A stretch of 64,000 nt of DNA. It comes from Dipteris shenzhenensis (Eukaryota). The stretch lies in the NCBI GenBank assembly GCA_047967505.1, contig CM106538.1. One strand, written 5' to 3'. The notes beneath the pieces are model-generated. The model searched no databases and had not been told where the DNA came from. It saw nothing but the letters and a program-made list of their open reading frames with translations. The translations under genes and the position numbers were made by a program. Of the stretch, positions 23,484 through 35,300 are shown in pieces. Numbering within the stretch: the first letter of the stretch is position 1; every line of letters begins with the position of its first letter.

Positions 23484-26400
23484 TGTTGAGATATCGTGCC
23501 TTGTGCACATTAATTAGAGGCTAAGGTATGGTGTAGAAATAATTAAAGTAGCCACCCAAGGACGTGGACTACATGATGTGAATATGTGGAGTAAGGACTA
23601 CCACTGGATGATGTGTGGACCAAAGGATCCCACATGCTTTGACTAGTGTAAAGGCTCTCTCTATATAGGAAGCCTTCTTGTATTGTTGATCACACATTTG
23701 CAATAGATTGAGTATTTCATATTTTATATCTCTCTCATGGTGTTTCGATCCTCCTTGATCCCTCACTTTCACATGGTATCAGAGCTTAGGTCTAGCTCTC
23801 CTAGTTTAGTCTTACATATGGTTGAGAGATCTATTGAGAGAGAGAAATAGGGGTCCTATCCATCCACGGAGAGATTCATACTCATTGAGTTTCATTTATC
23901 GATGTTCTAAGAGTTCTATTACTCTGTGAGAGAAGCTATTCTATCTAAGAGAGGGAGCTTCATCAATCAAATGGCTAGGAGAAATGAGCAGCAAACATTG
24001 TAGAAGACTAGCCTCAAATGAAGATCCACAACTTATCTCCTTTGTGAGTTACGGTGGGCAAAGTGTGAGAGCCTACACTCTAGAGACATCAGCTACCAGT
24101 CGCCATACAATGTACAAGTAGTACACGCAGCCAGCTTTTAGAAAGTAGAATGGCTCCAACGCCTAGCCAATAGCCCAAGCAAAGAATTAATAGCACTCCA
24201 ACGTCAAGCTACTCTAAGGCGGCCAGCTCTAGTAACTCTTCAAAGGAGACTTGTCAACGTCAAGCTCCTGATCCACACCAATGACACGGCTACTACTCCA
24301 ATGGCAGCTCTTGAGCCTCACAAAGGAGGTGATGTGCCCTTTCATGGCTCCCTATGCCTCCAGCCTATCAACTCCATTTGCATCTACTATGAATGGCTTC
24401 CTCCATGGATCTCCTACCACGAGCGACCCTCTTGAGCTCTGTCCTCACCAGCTGTTCCTTACCTTTGCGCCTTCATTTGTAACTACAGGCGCCATAGCCA
24501 TAACTGACTTCTGATTGAAGCTCAGCCTCGACCATCTAACATCGCAACCAGGCTTCCCACAACCTGCACTCACGACACTCCACTGCCAAGAATACAAGCA
24601 ACACCTCCACAACATTCAGCGACATCATAAACAAGGAAGAGGCAACGCAACCTTCAACGGATCAGACCCGCAGCTCTATATGCCTCTGTGCACAGACTAC
24701 AGACTATGCTGCTTCATCTTCAAACCTTCGTTTCTTTTGAAAGGTTCCCATTGATTGACACATGGCAAGATTAAAATTTACCATGGTTAAGTTTATTTAG
24801 CCTTGGTTAACTTAGTTTGGTTAGAAGACTGCCACATGGCATAGTGCCACCTAAGCACTAGGTCCTTACTAAGCACAGTTTTGAATGCTAGATGTGAATC
24901 CTTGTGCCACATCATCATGCCCACTCTCTCTTCATAAAAATTCTGACAAGCCATAACTTTCAATCCAAAAAGAATTTTCATGCGCTCCAAAAAGGAAAAA
25001 TAATTGGTTTTTTGAGCTCTACATGACTATCAAGTCAGTTGTGTTGTCAACTAGCCACTACCATATTTGAAAGTTTCTTCAAATGGTAAAACCTTTGCAA
25101 TGGCAATACACGCCCTAACTATTGAGAAGTTCACTAGGGAAGGATTCTTTTGAAGACTGTAAAAGAAGACATACCCACTGCACAAAATGAAGCTTGGAAA
25201 GAAAAAGATGAAGCAACACTATCAATCATTGGCTTGCACAAGCAAGTAGATTGTGCCCATTTGTAATTGTGAGTTTTCACCATTATTTGTTAGGACTTGG
25301 TGACTTATTACCACACTAGATCTAAGATCATGAATCATATAAACTAAAAATCATCAAATATTTGAATATATAACATCTATATACTTACTTAGGAAGCTAG
25401 GAATTATCAAAATCATCTTAACTATTGAGTTCTTAGCATTGAATCTTCTATGTAATGGATTCCAAGCTTAATCCAATTGTGCATTCAAGAAAAACATTCA
25501 AGCAATCAATTGATTCAGTAAACTCATTGAAAGAAACCGATTGAAGTAGACCCTTTTGAAGTGAACCATTAAACAAAACATGTAGAAACTAGAGAAAATG
25601 TTAACACATACATGCTTACGTTAGACCGTGAACAATGCATAAAAGCACACAACATTGATCTAGTGCACGTCATCACTAGAGGAACCCTTTTATCTCAAAA
25701 ACATAAACTCTAGTTTAGAGAATTTAAGTCTTTGAAATACTATTTGCAAGTCACAAGGTTGGATTTAGCAATTTTGTGTACAACAACATGCCATGTTAAA
25801 TAACATCTCTCTTTAACAAATAAATATTGAAAAGTAAGATCTAAAGTTTTGACTTTCAAAAAAATTGAGCCTAGAAGAAAAAATTTCAAAAAAAAGAAAA
25901 AAGCCCAAAAGCAAAATTTCAAAACATCTATCTCATTTGTCAAAAGAGTAAAAAAATATGCTGCATTTTCCCAATTGTCACAAGGCTCTAACCGTTAGAA
26001 TTATCATCATGAAAACATCAAGGCTCTAACCATTAGCATCATCATCTCTCTCATCGTCACTATGGTTTGGGATGCCAATAAGATTTTCCTCATCCTCATT
26101 AGGAGTATCACCTTCTACCTCTCGATCATCCTCATTTTTTCAGGTTGCAATGCCAAATTCAATGATATGAGGAACCACTTCACAAGGGGTGGGATCAAGA
26201 AGAACATCATATCCCCATTTTGGAGCTTTCTCCTCATATCTATCATCTCAGAAGTTAGCTAAAATTTCATGATTGCAATAAATACATGCAAGATTCCTAG
26301 CTCAATCTTTTGGTAGCTTGTTCCTTGTAGTACTATGGATGTACTTGTATTGGCTCTTATTCCTTTTGGCACCTAAGTTGGAGCATAGCTGTGCCAAAAT

Positions 26401-27518
26401 TCTCATGGTGGTAGGTGGATGTAGGAATTCACAACTAGCACTGCTTATCATCCACATAAGATAGGAAACACTCAATCTATTGCAAATGTGTGATCAACAA
26501 TACAAGAAGGATTCTTATATACACAGATCCTTTAGAATAGTCAAAGCATGTGGGATCCTCTGATCCACATATCATCCAATGGTAGTCCTTGCTCCACATC
26601 TTCACATCATGTCATCCACATCCTTGGGTGGCTCCTTTAATTCTTTCTACACCATACCTTACCCTCTAATTTATGTGCACATGGCACCATATCTCAACAC
26701 CTCCCCTTGGTGCCATGATCCATTGGCTATCGCAAGGTGGCCAGATGTAAGTTACAAATCCATCACCTCCCCTTAGTGCATACCTTGCTACATAAGGTGG
26801 CCAAGTGTGGTTTTTACATGTCAATACCTTCCCTGAGTGCTTGCATGGCTACTTGTAGGTGGTTAGGTTTGATTACAAGAATATAAGTTAAAGGTGGAAA
26901 GGATTTTGCTTTTCAATACATGTTGTTGTCATCATTCTGCTCATGGCTTGATGATGACTCCACGTAGTTGACATGTTGTTGCTTCAATTTGTAGTCTTCT
27001 TCCTTGTGTGCTAGCTTCTTGCAATGGTGACACTTCGGTTTGTTCTTCAATCTACAATCACTTTGGTAGTGACCCATCCTTCCGCAATGGTAACACTTTG
27101 CTAATGCTTGTTCTTCATGATTGCTGTTGCATGTTGATGTAGATGTCAATGTCAATGCCTTAAAATCTCTTTATTTCTCAAAAAGAGATGATACACATTC
27201 CTCAAATTTTGGATCTAGAAGATTCTTCAAGGTGGTTGTTAGTGCATTGTACTCTTCAAGCATGCTTTTAAGGAGGATTGCAAGTGCATCCTTTTCCCCT
27301 ACTTTTGCATTTATGCCTTCTTAGGTCATAATTCTTTTGATCTTGTTGATAAATTGTGCCATGGATTCATGGAAGCTCATGTGCAAACCATATAATTCAC
27401 TCTTAAGATGAATTTCTTGGTTCTTTGCTTTTGCACCAAACACTATGTTCAACTCATCCCATGCATCGTTGGCATGATCCTTAGAGTCTATATGATGAAT
27501 TATGTTTGGGAATATACT
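23484..27518 (+). mobile_element. Gag-only (TR-GAG-like) LTR element, split by an inversion
   Basis: + strand: 5' LTR 23484-23773, PBS TGGTATCAGAGC 23774-23785 and gag start 25100-25236. - strand: rest of gag 27518-26913 with two zinc knuckles, PPT repeats and 3' LTR 26699-~26457. Confidence 0.85.
26260..26456 (-). pseudogene. hAT C-terminal dimerisation-domain relic (inverted continuation of 22230-23483)
   Basis: The minus strand reads WMISSASCEFLHPPTTMRILAQLCSNLGAKRNKSQYKYIHSTTRNKL, resembling hAT 'WW...LAIRILSQTCSSSGCERNWSTFEFIHSKKRNRL'. Confidence 0.75.
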
Positions 27519-28181
27519 CTTTGGTTCCCACTCCCTCTTTCCATGATGCACTTCTACTCTCCAACAGCAAGACATATGAGTGCACCATCATTGCTTTCTA
27601 GAAGTGCCTCCCATAGAACAAATTACTGTGAAAGATGGTGAGATATTACCATCTCTATATCCTCTAATGTGCCCCTTGTAATGAGACTCTTTCCTCCATG
27701 GACTTGCCTTAAGCGTGTGTTCATGTTGCTTAAGCTTATCAATGTTGCTTATAGAGCAGTGTTCCATGCAGCTTCATGTATTAGTAAACTTTGCAAGAAC
27801 TAGATCTTAACACATGCTTTCTTTTCCACCACAAGAAGCTGCTCCACGTGATCTCCCATTGTCTCTTATGCTCCCACCAAAACACTAAGAGAATTTCTGT
27901 GTTAATACATCTGTCTGAGGCTTCATGCATTTGTCCATGTACAAGGAGAAGTATATTGGAGTCCTTACACATAGTGCCAATATAATATCTTTGAAAAGTA
28001 CAAAGGCACATCCCTAAGGTGTGGCTCTTTGCCATATACGTCAATGTATAGTGTCAAGTGCTTAAGCTTGGATCAAAGGGTGCCAATAGTTGATGATTGT
28101 CCATGTCCCATGCTTCTCAACAAGCTAAGAATCTAAGGCCAAGTGCCTTTGCCTTCCTTGGCTTACCTCTATGTTAGATTT

Positions 28182-30180
28182 TGAGAGATCTCAACAATGG
28201 AAGCAGAATGGAAGAAGGTGAGAGAGAGAGGGAGAGCGAGAAGAGAGACTCACACAAGTTTTGGTGGGTGTGGAACACCCTAATCTTCTATGTCATCCAT
28301 ATATATGTGTGTGTTTGAGTATTGTACATAACCAGGGTTCAGGTACAGTGGCCTTTAACCCCCACAACCTCCCACTTTAAGGCCAATGTACCTTTAAGGG
28401 AGAACAAGCAATGAGAATACTATCCAATGCCCATGAATACATGACAATACTCAAACTGTTGACTAGGTAGACTCTTTGTCAGCATATCTGCAGGGTTATC
28501 ATCTGTATGAACCTTGACAAGCTCTATGCGCTTGTCCTCAAGTACCTCCGTAATAAAATGGTACCTAACCTCAATGTGTTTGGTCTTTGCATGAAAGACC
28601 AGATTCTTTGCTAGCTGAATAGCACTCATGGAATCACTATGCAATGTCCGTACACCTATATGAATCCCAAATCTCTCACTAGCCGATCAAGCCTCCTTGC
28701 AACCCTCTGTGGCTACATCATACTCGACCTCTATGGTAGACAAAGAAATGCACTTCTATGCGTGAGACATCCACAACACTACACCACCTGCAAAGCTAAA
28801 TACATAACTAGAAGTGGATCTCCTGCTATCCACATGCGCTGCATAGTCTAAATTTATGTACCCAAATGCACGCATCTCTCCTCTGCCAAAGCAGATACAC
28901 ACCTCCTTGGTACCCTTCATGTACCTCATGATGCACTTAACTACCTCCCGATGCCTCTTTCTTGGATTATCCATATACCAGTTAACAACTCCCAGTGCAA
29001 ATGCAATGTCCGGTCTAGTAGCTATCATAGCATACATAAGACTCCCAACCACTGATGCATAAGGAATCTTGGCCATCATGGCCCTCTCCTCATCTGATTT
29101 GGGACTATCTACCTAACTCTTTTCACATATGGAGGCAATGGAGTACTTACGGCCTTGCCCCCTCCATATTGAAACGCTATAACTCTTTTGTAACATACTC
29201 CTTCTATGAAAGCCAAAGGAGATTCCTACGCCGGTCACGCATGATGCGCATAACAAGAATATGACTTGCAGGTGCCAAATCCTTCATGTCAAAGGCCTCA
29301 CGCAACTTGGCCTTCAATGCATCAAGCTCATAAGCATTCTTGTGCCAATAACATATCATCCACATAAAGTGCCAGGAGTATCAGGCTATTATCCTTAGCC
29401 CTTTTAGTGTAGAGGCAGTGATTAATCTCCTCTTTTCTAGCTTGCAAACCAAATGCACTTTGCCCTTTTCTTCAAAATCTTTCGGTTGTACCATGTAAAT
29501 TTCCTCATGCAAATCCCCATGCAAGAAAGCTATCTTGACATCCATCTGCATAAGCTCCATATCCTCTATTGCCACAAGTCCAAGTACACATCTAAGTGTG
29601 GTCATCTTCACAACTGGAGAGAATATCTCATCAAGGTCCACACCCTTCTCTTTCTTGAACCCTTTAGCAACCAAATGGGCCTTGTACTTAGGCACATCAT
29701 CACCTGACCATCTTGTAGACCCATTTACATGGCAATGCTTTCTTTCCATGTGGCAAAGAAACCAAGTCCCAAGTCTTATTCTTTATGAGTGAACATCTCT
29801 GATTGCATATCATACTCCCACTTGCGTTGGATCCTTGCACATCATAGCCTCTCTGTAGCAAGAAGGCTCCTCACAATTAGTAAGCATCACATAGTCTACC
29901 CCTGGAGCAAATCTCTCAGGCAGTGTAGACACTCTAGATGTTCTTCTCAAGGGCATTTCAGATTGCTGTCCCACCTACATATCAGCCACATTTTGCTCAT
30001 CATTGCCACTAATAGATGATCCATCATCTGCCCTTGATTGTGTACCTGTGTGAGTACCTGGTGGCACCATTTCCTGCACATTCGGTGCATGGACAGCTTG
30101 CTGTCTATCAACATATGCAAGTGGATTCACATCTTGCAAAGTGATTCTCCTCATTTCCACATCCCTCAAGCAATATGGAC
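28182..30180 (-). mobile_element. Copia family A copy A3: 3' half only (3' LTR, RNase H, RT with deletions)
   Basis: LTR 28182-~28366 plus PPT. ORFs 28420-28644, 28756-29079 and 29381-29749 are homologous to A1 and D. Confidence 0.92.
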
Positions 30181-30299
30181 CCTTCATTTACAAAATGGTT
30201 TCATAATCATGGCCTCATTTCATGAACTTCAAGAGTTAGAAAACTTGTTTAGTCAGAAATGAGGATATCCATTTCTTTTCTTAAGCAATATGACCCCTT

Positions 30300-31660
30300 T
30301 CTTTACAAAAGGGGTTAGCTCGTTGGCATAGTTTACATCAAATTCAAAGCAATTACATCAGAATGCCTCCAAAAGAGCCTTAAAGTACATAAGAGGTATG
30401 TTATGCCATTAGCTCATTGGCATAGTTTACATCAAATCCAAAGCAATTACATTAGAATGCCTCCAAAAGAGTCTTAAAGTACATAAGAGGTAAGACACTA
30501 TACAAAGGACACCATATTAGATTGCATGGTTACTATGATAGGGATTATAAGAGTTATAAAAATACAAGAAGATTAACACAAGGTTATGCCTTTTCCATTG
30601 GACAAGGGTCAAGTTCATGGCTATCCAACATACAATCAACCATTCGTTTGTCTTCTATAGAAGTAGTATGTAAAGTCCTCACCACAAGAGCATGTGAAGC
30701 AATATGGCTTAAAAGACTTCTATAAAAAACATTATAGTTTGATGAGCTAAAGCCAACCATGATAAGCAAAGAACTGAATATATCATTCCAAGACAATGTT
30801 CGACAGCACTTCATCAAGAGAGAGAGCTACTTGGTGGCATTGCATTATAGCATTGCGACGACAACAATGAAAACGTTATAGACATATTTACCAAACTACT
30901 CAAAAAAGAGCTTTTCGTGAAACATTGACAAGCCCTATGCTTAGCCCTTGTTCAAACCCCACAATTGTCAGCTTGAGGGGAGGCCTACTTCATGATGTTA
31001 ATCTTAGGGAAGGTGTTGAGGAGAAATCTCAAGATCATGTGAAAATGTAGATATGCATTAATATTTACAGGATGCTAAAATACCACCATGGTTTCCTTAC
31101 AAACTAATCTATTGGTCACTTGTGCACTCCTAACCATGACCTCTCTCCTCCATCTCCACTGCCTCCTCTCCTCTCTTCACTTCTCTTTTCTAAAAGCACT
31201 TATTATGGGACACAAAAATGTAGGGCCTAGATTATGTTGGTTAAGGTTGCTATTGCTTTCTCTTTGAAACATTCTACAAGAAATAAATTTTTGAATATGA
31301 ATTAGATGTCTAATACAAATCCTAAATTAGATGTAGACAACAAATTTCCTTTTGAGTTTCCTCTTTGAGAAGCTCATATGGAATTGCAAGTTGTCTGCAG
31401 TTGCTCAGAGGAAGAACAATATTTTACCAAATAACATGAGCAATTCCCAATGAAAAGCATCTTCCAATTAAGTATTAGGCAAAAGCAATCCATATTGCAA
31501 ACGATTTTCCTAATTGACTTTCAAACGAATAAATTCAAGGTATGACACCTTATGAGCAATTCATTCAATACAAGCCATGCATTGAGCATATGTGCATATT
31601 GGGATGCACATTATATGCCCCCACACACTACCATCATCACAAAAAATTGGATGTTTATAA
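30300..31660 (+). mobile_element. Old fragments of a family-B-like copia (RNase H, double PPT, decayed 3' LTR, integrase piece)
   Basis: MHGYYDRDY...TQGYAFSIGQG matches the B RNase H. GAGGCCTACTTCATGATGTTAATCTTAGGGAAGG-TGTTGAG matches the B 3' junction. MTPYEQFIQYKPCIEH matches the B integrase. An ~94-bp tandem duplication lies at 30316-30491. Confidence 0.8.
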
Positions 31661-32379
31661 TGGAAGACATCCAATAGCAAGAGAAAGTCATACCGTCTAC
31701 TCAGTCACATACAAAGAAGAAGATCCCTCAAAATCCCTCAAAATAGCAATAACTCAAATGGTCTACAAGAGAATGGAGACCACTGCCCAAGTTGACATAT
31801 GCTTAGAAAGGCTAGGTTTAAAAAGATACCATGTTGAATAGATGCCATTCACTAGGGTGATGGAAAGAGGTTAAGTCTCTCCTAGACTATGTGTGGGTGG
31901 ACCAAGGGTCCTAATTAGGTTAAGTACATTTCATCTTAGACGTAATGGGCGATCAACCCAAATGTGTCAAGGTGATGAGATTGTATCCCAAGGCCTTCGC
32001 CCCAAAGAGCTGCACACAGAGAAATCTGTAGAGCGAAATCAGAATGAGCCAACAGCATGAACCAAGAGTAAAGGACATCCGATGTGCCACGTCACCGAGT
32101 AGACAAACTCAAACGAAGGCGAGGAAAAATACCCATTCGAATTTCAGAAATTCTTCTCCTAGTGGAACCTCCAATTAGACCTACCCGTGGGAGAGGCCAA
32201 AATCATATTAATTTGCTCCAAGATTGCGTGATTCCTCTTCCTCGAGTCATATACCTCCTGCAATTTACTAAGAGACCTATTTATTCATTTGTTTGCGTTT
32301 GTTGATGGGACTGTAAAACAAATGTGATGTGTTTCTCTTTATTGGATGTTGCTGCTTGGTTGTAAATTACAGTCTTTTG

Positions 32380-35300
32380 ATGATGATGCACATCCATACA
32401 GGCAGGGATCCCCGTTTAACGTTTGATTCAACCGCCGCGAAACTATGCAGCCCTATCGTCCCTCAGATGCGTGGCAAGGGGTATTTTCATAGCAGCGATC
32501 TTCACCCCGATTTGTTTGCAGCTCAGGCTGGTGGCTTGGTGGAGTATGATGGCAAGGCAGACTTCTGGTCTGGAGCACAAGTGAATGCATCTAAAACACA
32601 AGAACTGCCAGAGAAGTCTGGCTGGGAAACGCTCAGCTTAGAGGAGGCACTCACGTCTATGGAACGGATGCCACAACTGCCTTCACTTCACAACCTTACG
32701 TACGTCTTGAATAAGTGCAGATCAAAAAAAAGTCTAGGGTATACCAAGCGCTTGTATGCCTACATGCGCAAAAGGGGGCTGGAAGATCATAAATATTTTG
32801 GAAACCGCCTCGTCCCGATGTTGATCCAAGTTGGAAGCATCTGCGATGCTCAGAATGTTTTTAACAAGTTGCTTGATCGCAATGTGTATTCTTGGACTTC
32901 TGTTATCATAGGTTATATTAAATGTGGGGAATCACAGCATGCCCTCAACCTCTACCAAAAAATGCAAGAGGATTCTGTACATCCTAGCAAGTATACCTTC
33001 ACAGCTCTACTGAAAGCTTGTGCTCAGCTCAAAGACATATTAAAAGGCCAAGAAATACACGCTGAGATTGCCAGAAAGGGGCTGGAAAAAGAGATTTCTG
33101 TTGGCAGCACCTTGGTGGACATGTATGCCAAATGTGACTTGCTTGGAGACGCGCGGGATGTGTTTGACAAGCTGCCACATCGAAATGAGGTCTCTTGGAC
33201 TGCCCTAATTGCAGGATATGCTGACCATGGGCTTGGTGAGGTTGCGCTGAACTGTTTTGAACAGATGCAACTGGAGGGGCTCTCCCCAGATGCTGTCACA
33301 TTTGTTTGCAGCTTGAAAGCTTGTGGTAGTATAAATGCCTTAGACAAGGGCCAACAAATGCATGCTGAGATAGCCAGAAAGGGGCTGGAAAGAGATCTTT
33401 TTGTTGGCAGCACCTTGGTGGATATGTATGCCAAATGTGGCTCGCCTGCAAAAGCACAAGAGGCATTTGACCAGCTTCCAGTTCAAAATGAGGTCTCATG
33501 GAATGCACTAATTGCAGGATATGCTGAGCATGGGCTTGGTGAAGAGGCACTGAACTGTTTTGCACAGATGCAACTGAAGGGTCTCTCTCCAAATGCTGTC
33601 ACCTTTGTTTGTAGCTTGAAAGCTTGTGGCAGCATAGGAGATATAGATAAGGGCCAAGAACTACACGCTGAGATTGCTAGAAAGGGTTTGGAAAGAGATC
33701 TTTTTGTTAGCAGCACCTTGGTGGATATGTATGCCAAATGTGGCTGTCTTGGAAAAGCACGGGAAGTGTTAGACAGGCTGCCAGTACGAGATGTAGTCTT
33801 ATGGAATGCACTGATTGCAGGACATGCTGAGCATGGGCTTGGCGAAGAAGTGCTGAACTGTCTTGAACAGATGCAACTGGAGGGTCTCTCTCCGGATGAT
33901 GTCACATTTATTTGCAGCCTAAAAGCTTGTGGCAGCAGAGGAGCCATAGACAATGGCCAAGAAATACACGCTAAGATAGCCAGAAAGGGGCTGGAAAGAG
34001 ATCTTTCTGTTGGCAACACATTGGTGGATATGTATGCCAAATGTGGCTCACTTGTAGAAGCACGGGAAGTGTTTGACAAGATGCCAGTTCGAGACGTAGT
34101 CTCATGGACTGCAATCATTGCAGGATATGTTGAGCATGGGCTTGGGGAGGAAGCGCTGAACTGTTATGAGCAGATGCAACTGGAGGGTGTCTCTCCAGAT
34201 CGAGTCATATTTGTTTGCAGCTTGAAAGCTTGTAGCAACATAGGAGACATGGACAAGGACGGAGAAGTACAGGGCCTTGAACTACACTCTGAGATTGCCA
34301 GAAAGGGGCTTGAAAGAGAGCTTTTTGTTGGCAGCACATTGGTAGATATGTATTCCAAATGTGGCTCGGTTGCAAAAGCATTAGAAGTGTTTGACAAGCT
34401 GCCAGATCGAGACGTGGTCTCATGGAACACACTAATTGCAGGATATGCTGATAATGGGCTTGGTGACGAAGCTCTTAGCTGTTTTGAACAGATGCAACTG
34501 GAGGGTCTCTCCCCAGATGCTGCCACATTTGTTTGCAGCTTGAAAGCTTGTGGCAGCATAGGAGCTATAGACAAGGGTCGAAAAATACATGCTGAGATAG
34601 CCAGAAAGGGGTTGCAAAGAGATCTTTTTGTTGGCAGTTCCTTGGTGGATATGTATGTCAAATTTGGCTCACTTGCAAAAGCAGGGGAATCATTTGACAA
34701 GCTGCCAGTTCGAGATGTAGTCTCATGGAATGCACTAATATCAGGATATGTTGAGCAAGGGCTTGATGAGGAAGCGTTGAATTATTTTGTACAGATGCAA
34801 CTGGATGGTCTCTTTCCAGATGCTGTCACATTTGTTTGCAGCTTGAAAGCTTGTGGCAGCATAGGAGCCATAGACAAGGGCCAAGAAATACATGCTGAGA
34901 TCATTAGAAAGGGGCAGGAAAGAGATCTTTTTGTTGGCAGCACCTTGGTGGATATGTATGCCAAATGTGGCGCACTTGCAAAAGCTCAGGAAGCATTTGA
35001 CGAGCTGCCGGTTCGAGATGTAGTCTCATGGAATGCACTAATTGCAGGATATGCCCAGCTAGGAGAAAGCGAATATGTTTTCCACATTCTTGAAATAATG
35101 AGAGGAGAAGGGATAAAGCCAGATGGGGTAACATTGTCTATTGTTCTTAGTGTATGCAGCCACACTGGTCTAGCGGATAAAGGCCAGAAGTACTTTGGAG
35201 CCATGAGCAAAGACTATGGCATCACTCCAACTGTTGAGCATTACACTGGCATGGTTGATCTCCTTGGCCGTGCAGGCCAATTAGATGAGGCGGTAGCAAT

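Noticed and set aside
32329-32379. ORF-track start of the PPR protein (MFLFIGCCC...)
   Set aside because: It is a GTG codon in T-rich, intron-like sequence, unlikely to be a eukaryotic start.
33024-35210. Long antisense ORFs (up to 211 aa) opposite the PPR gene
   Set aside because: They are shadow frames produced by the repeated PPR codon pattern and have no independent protein features.
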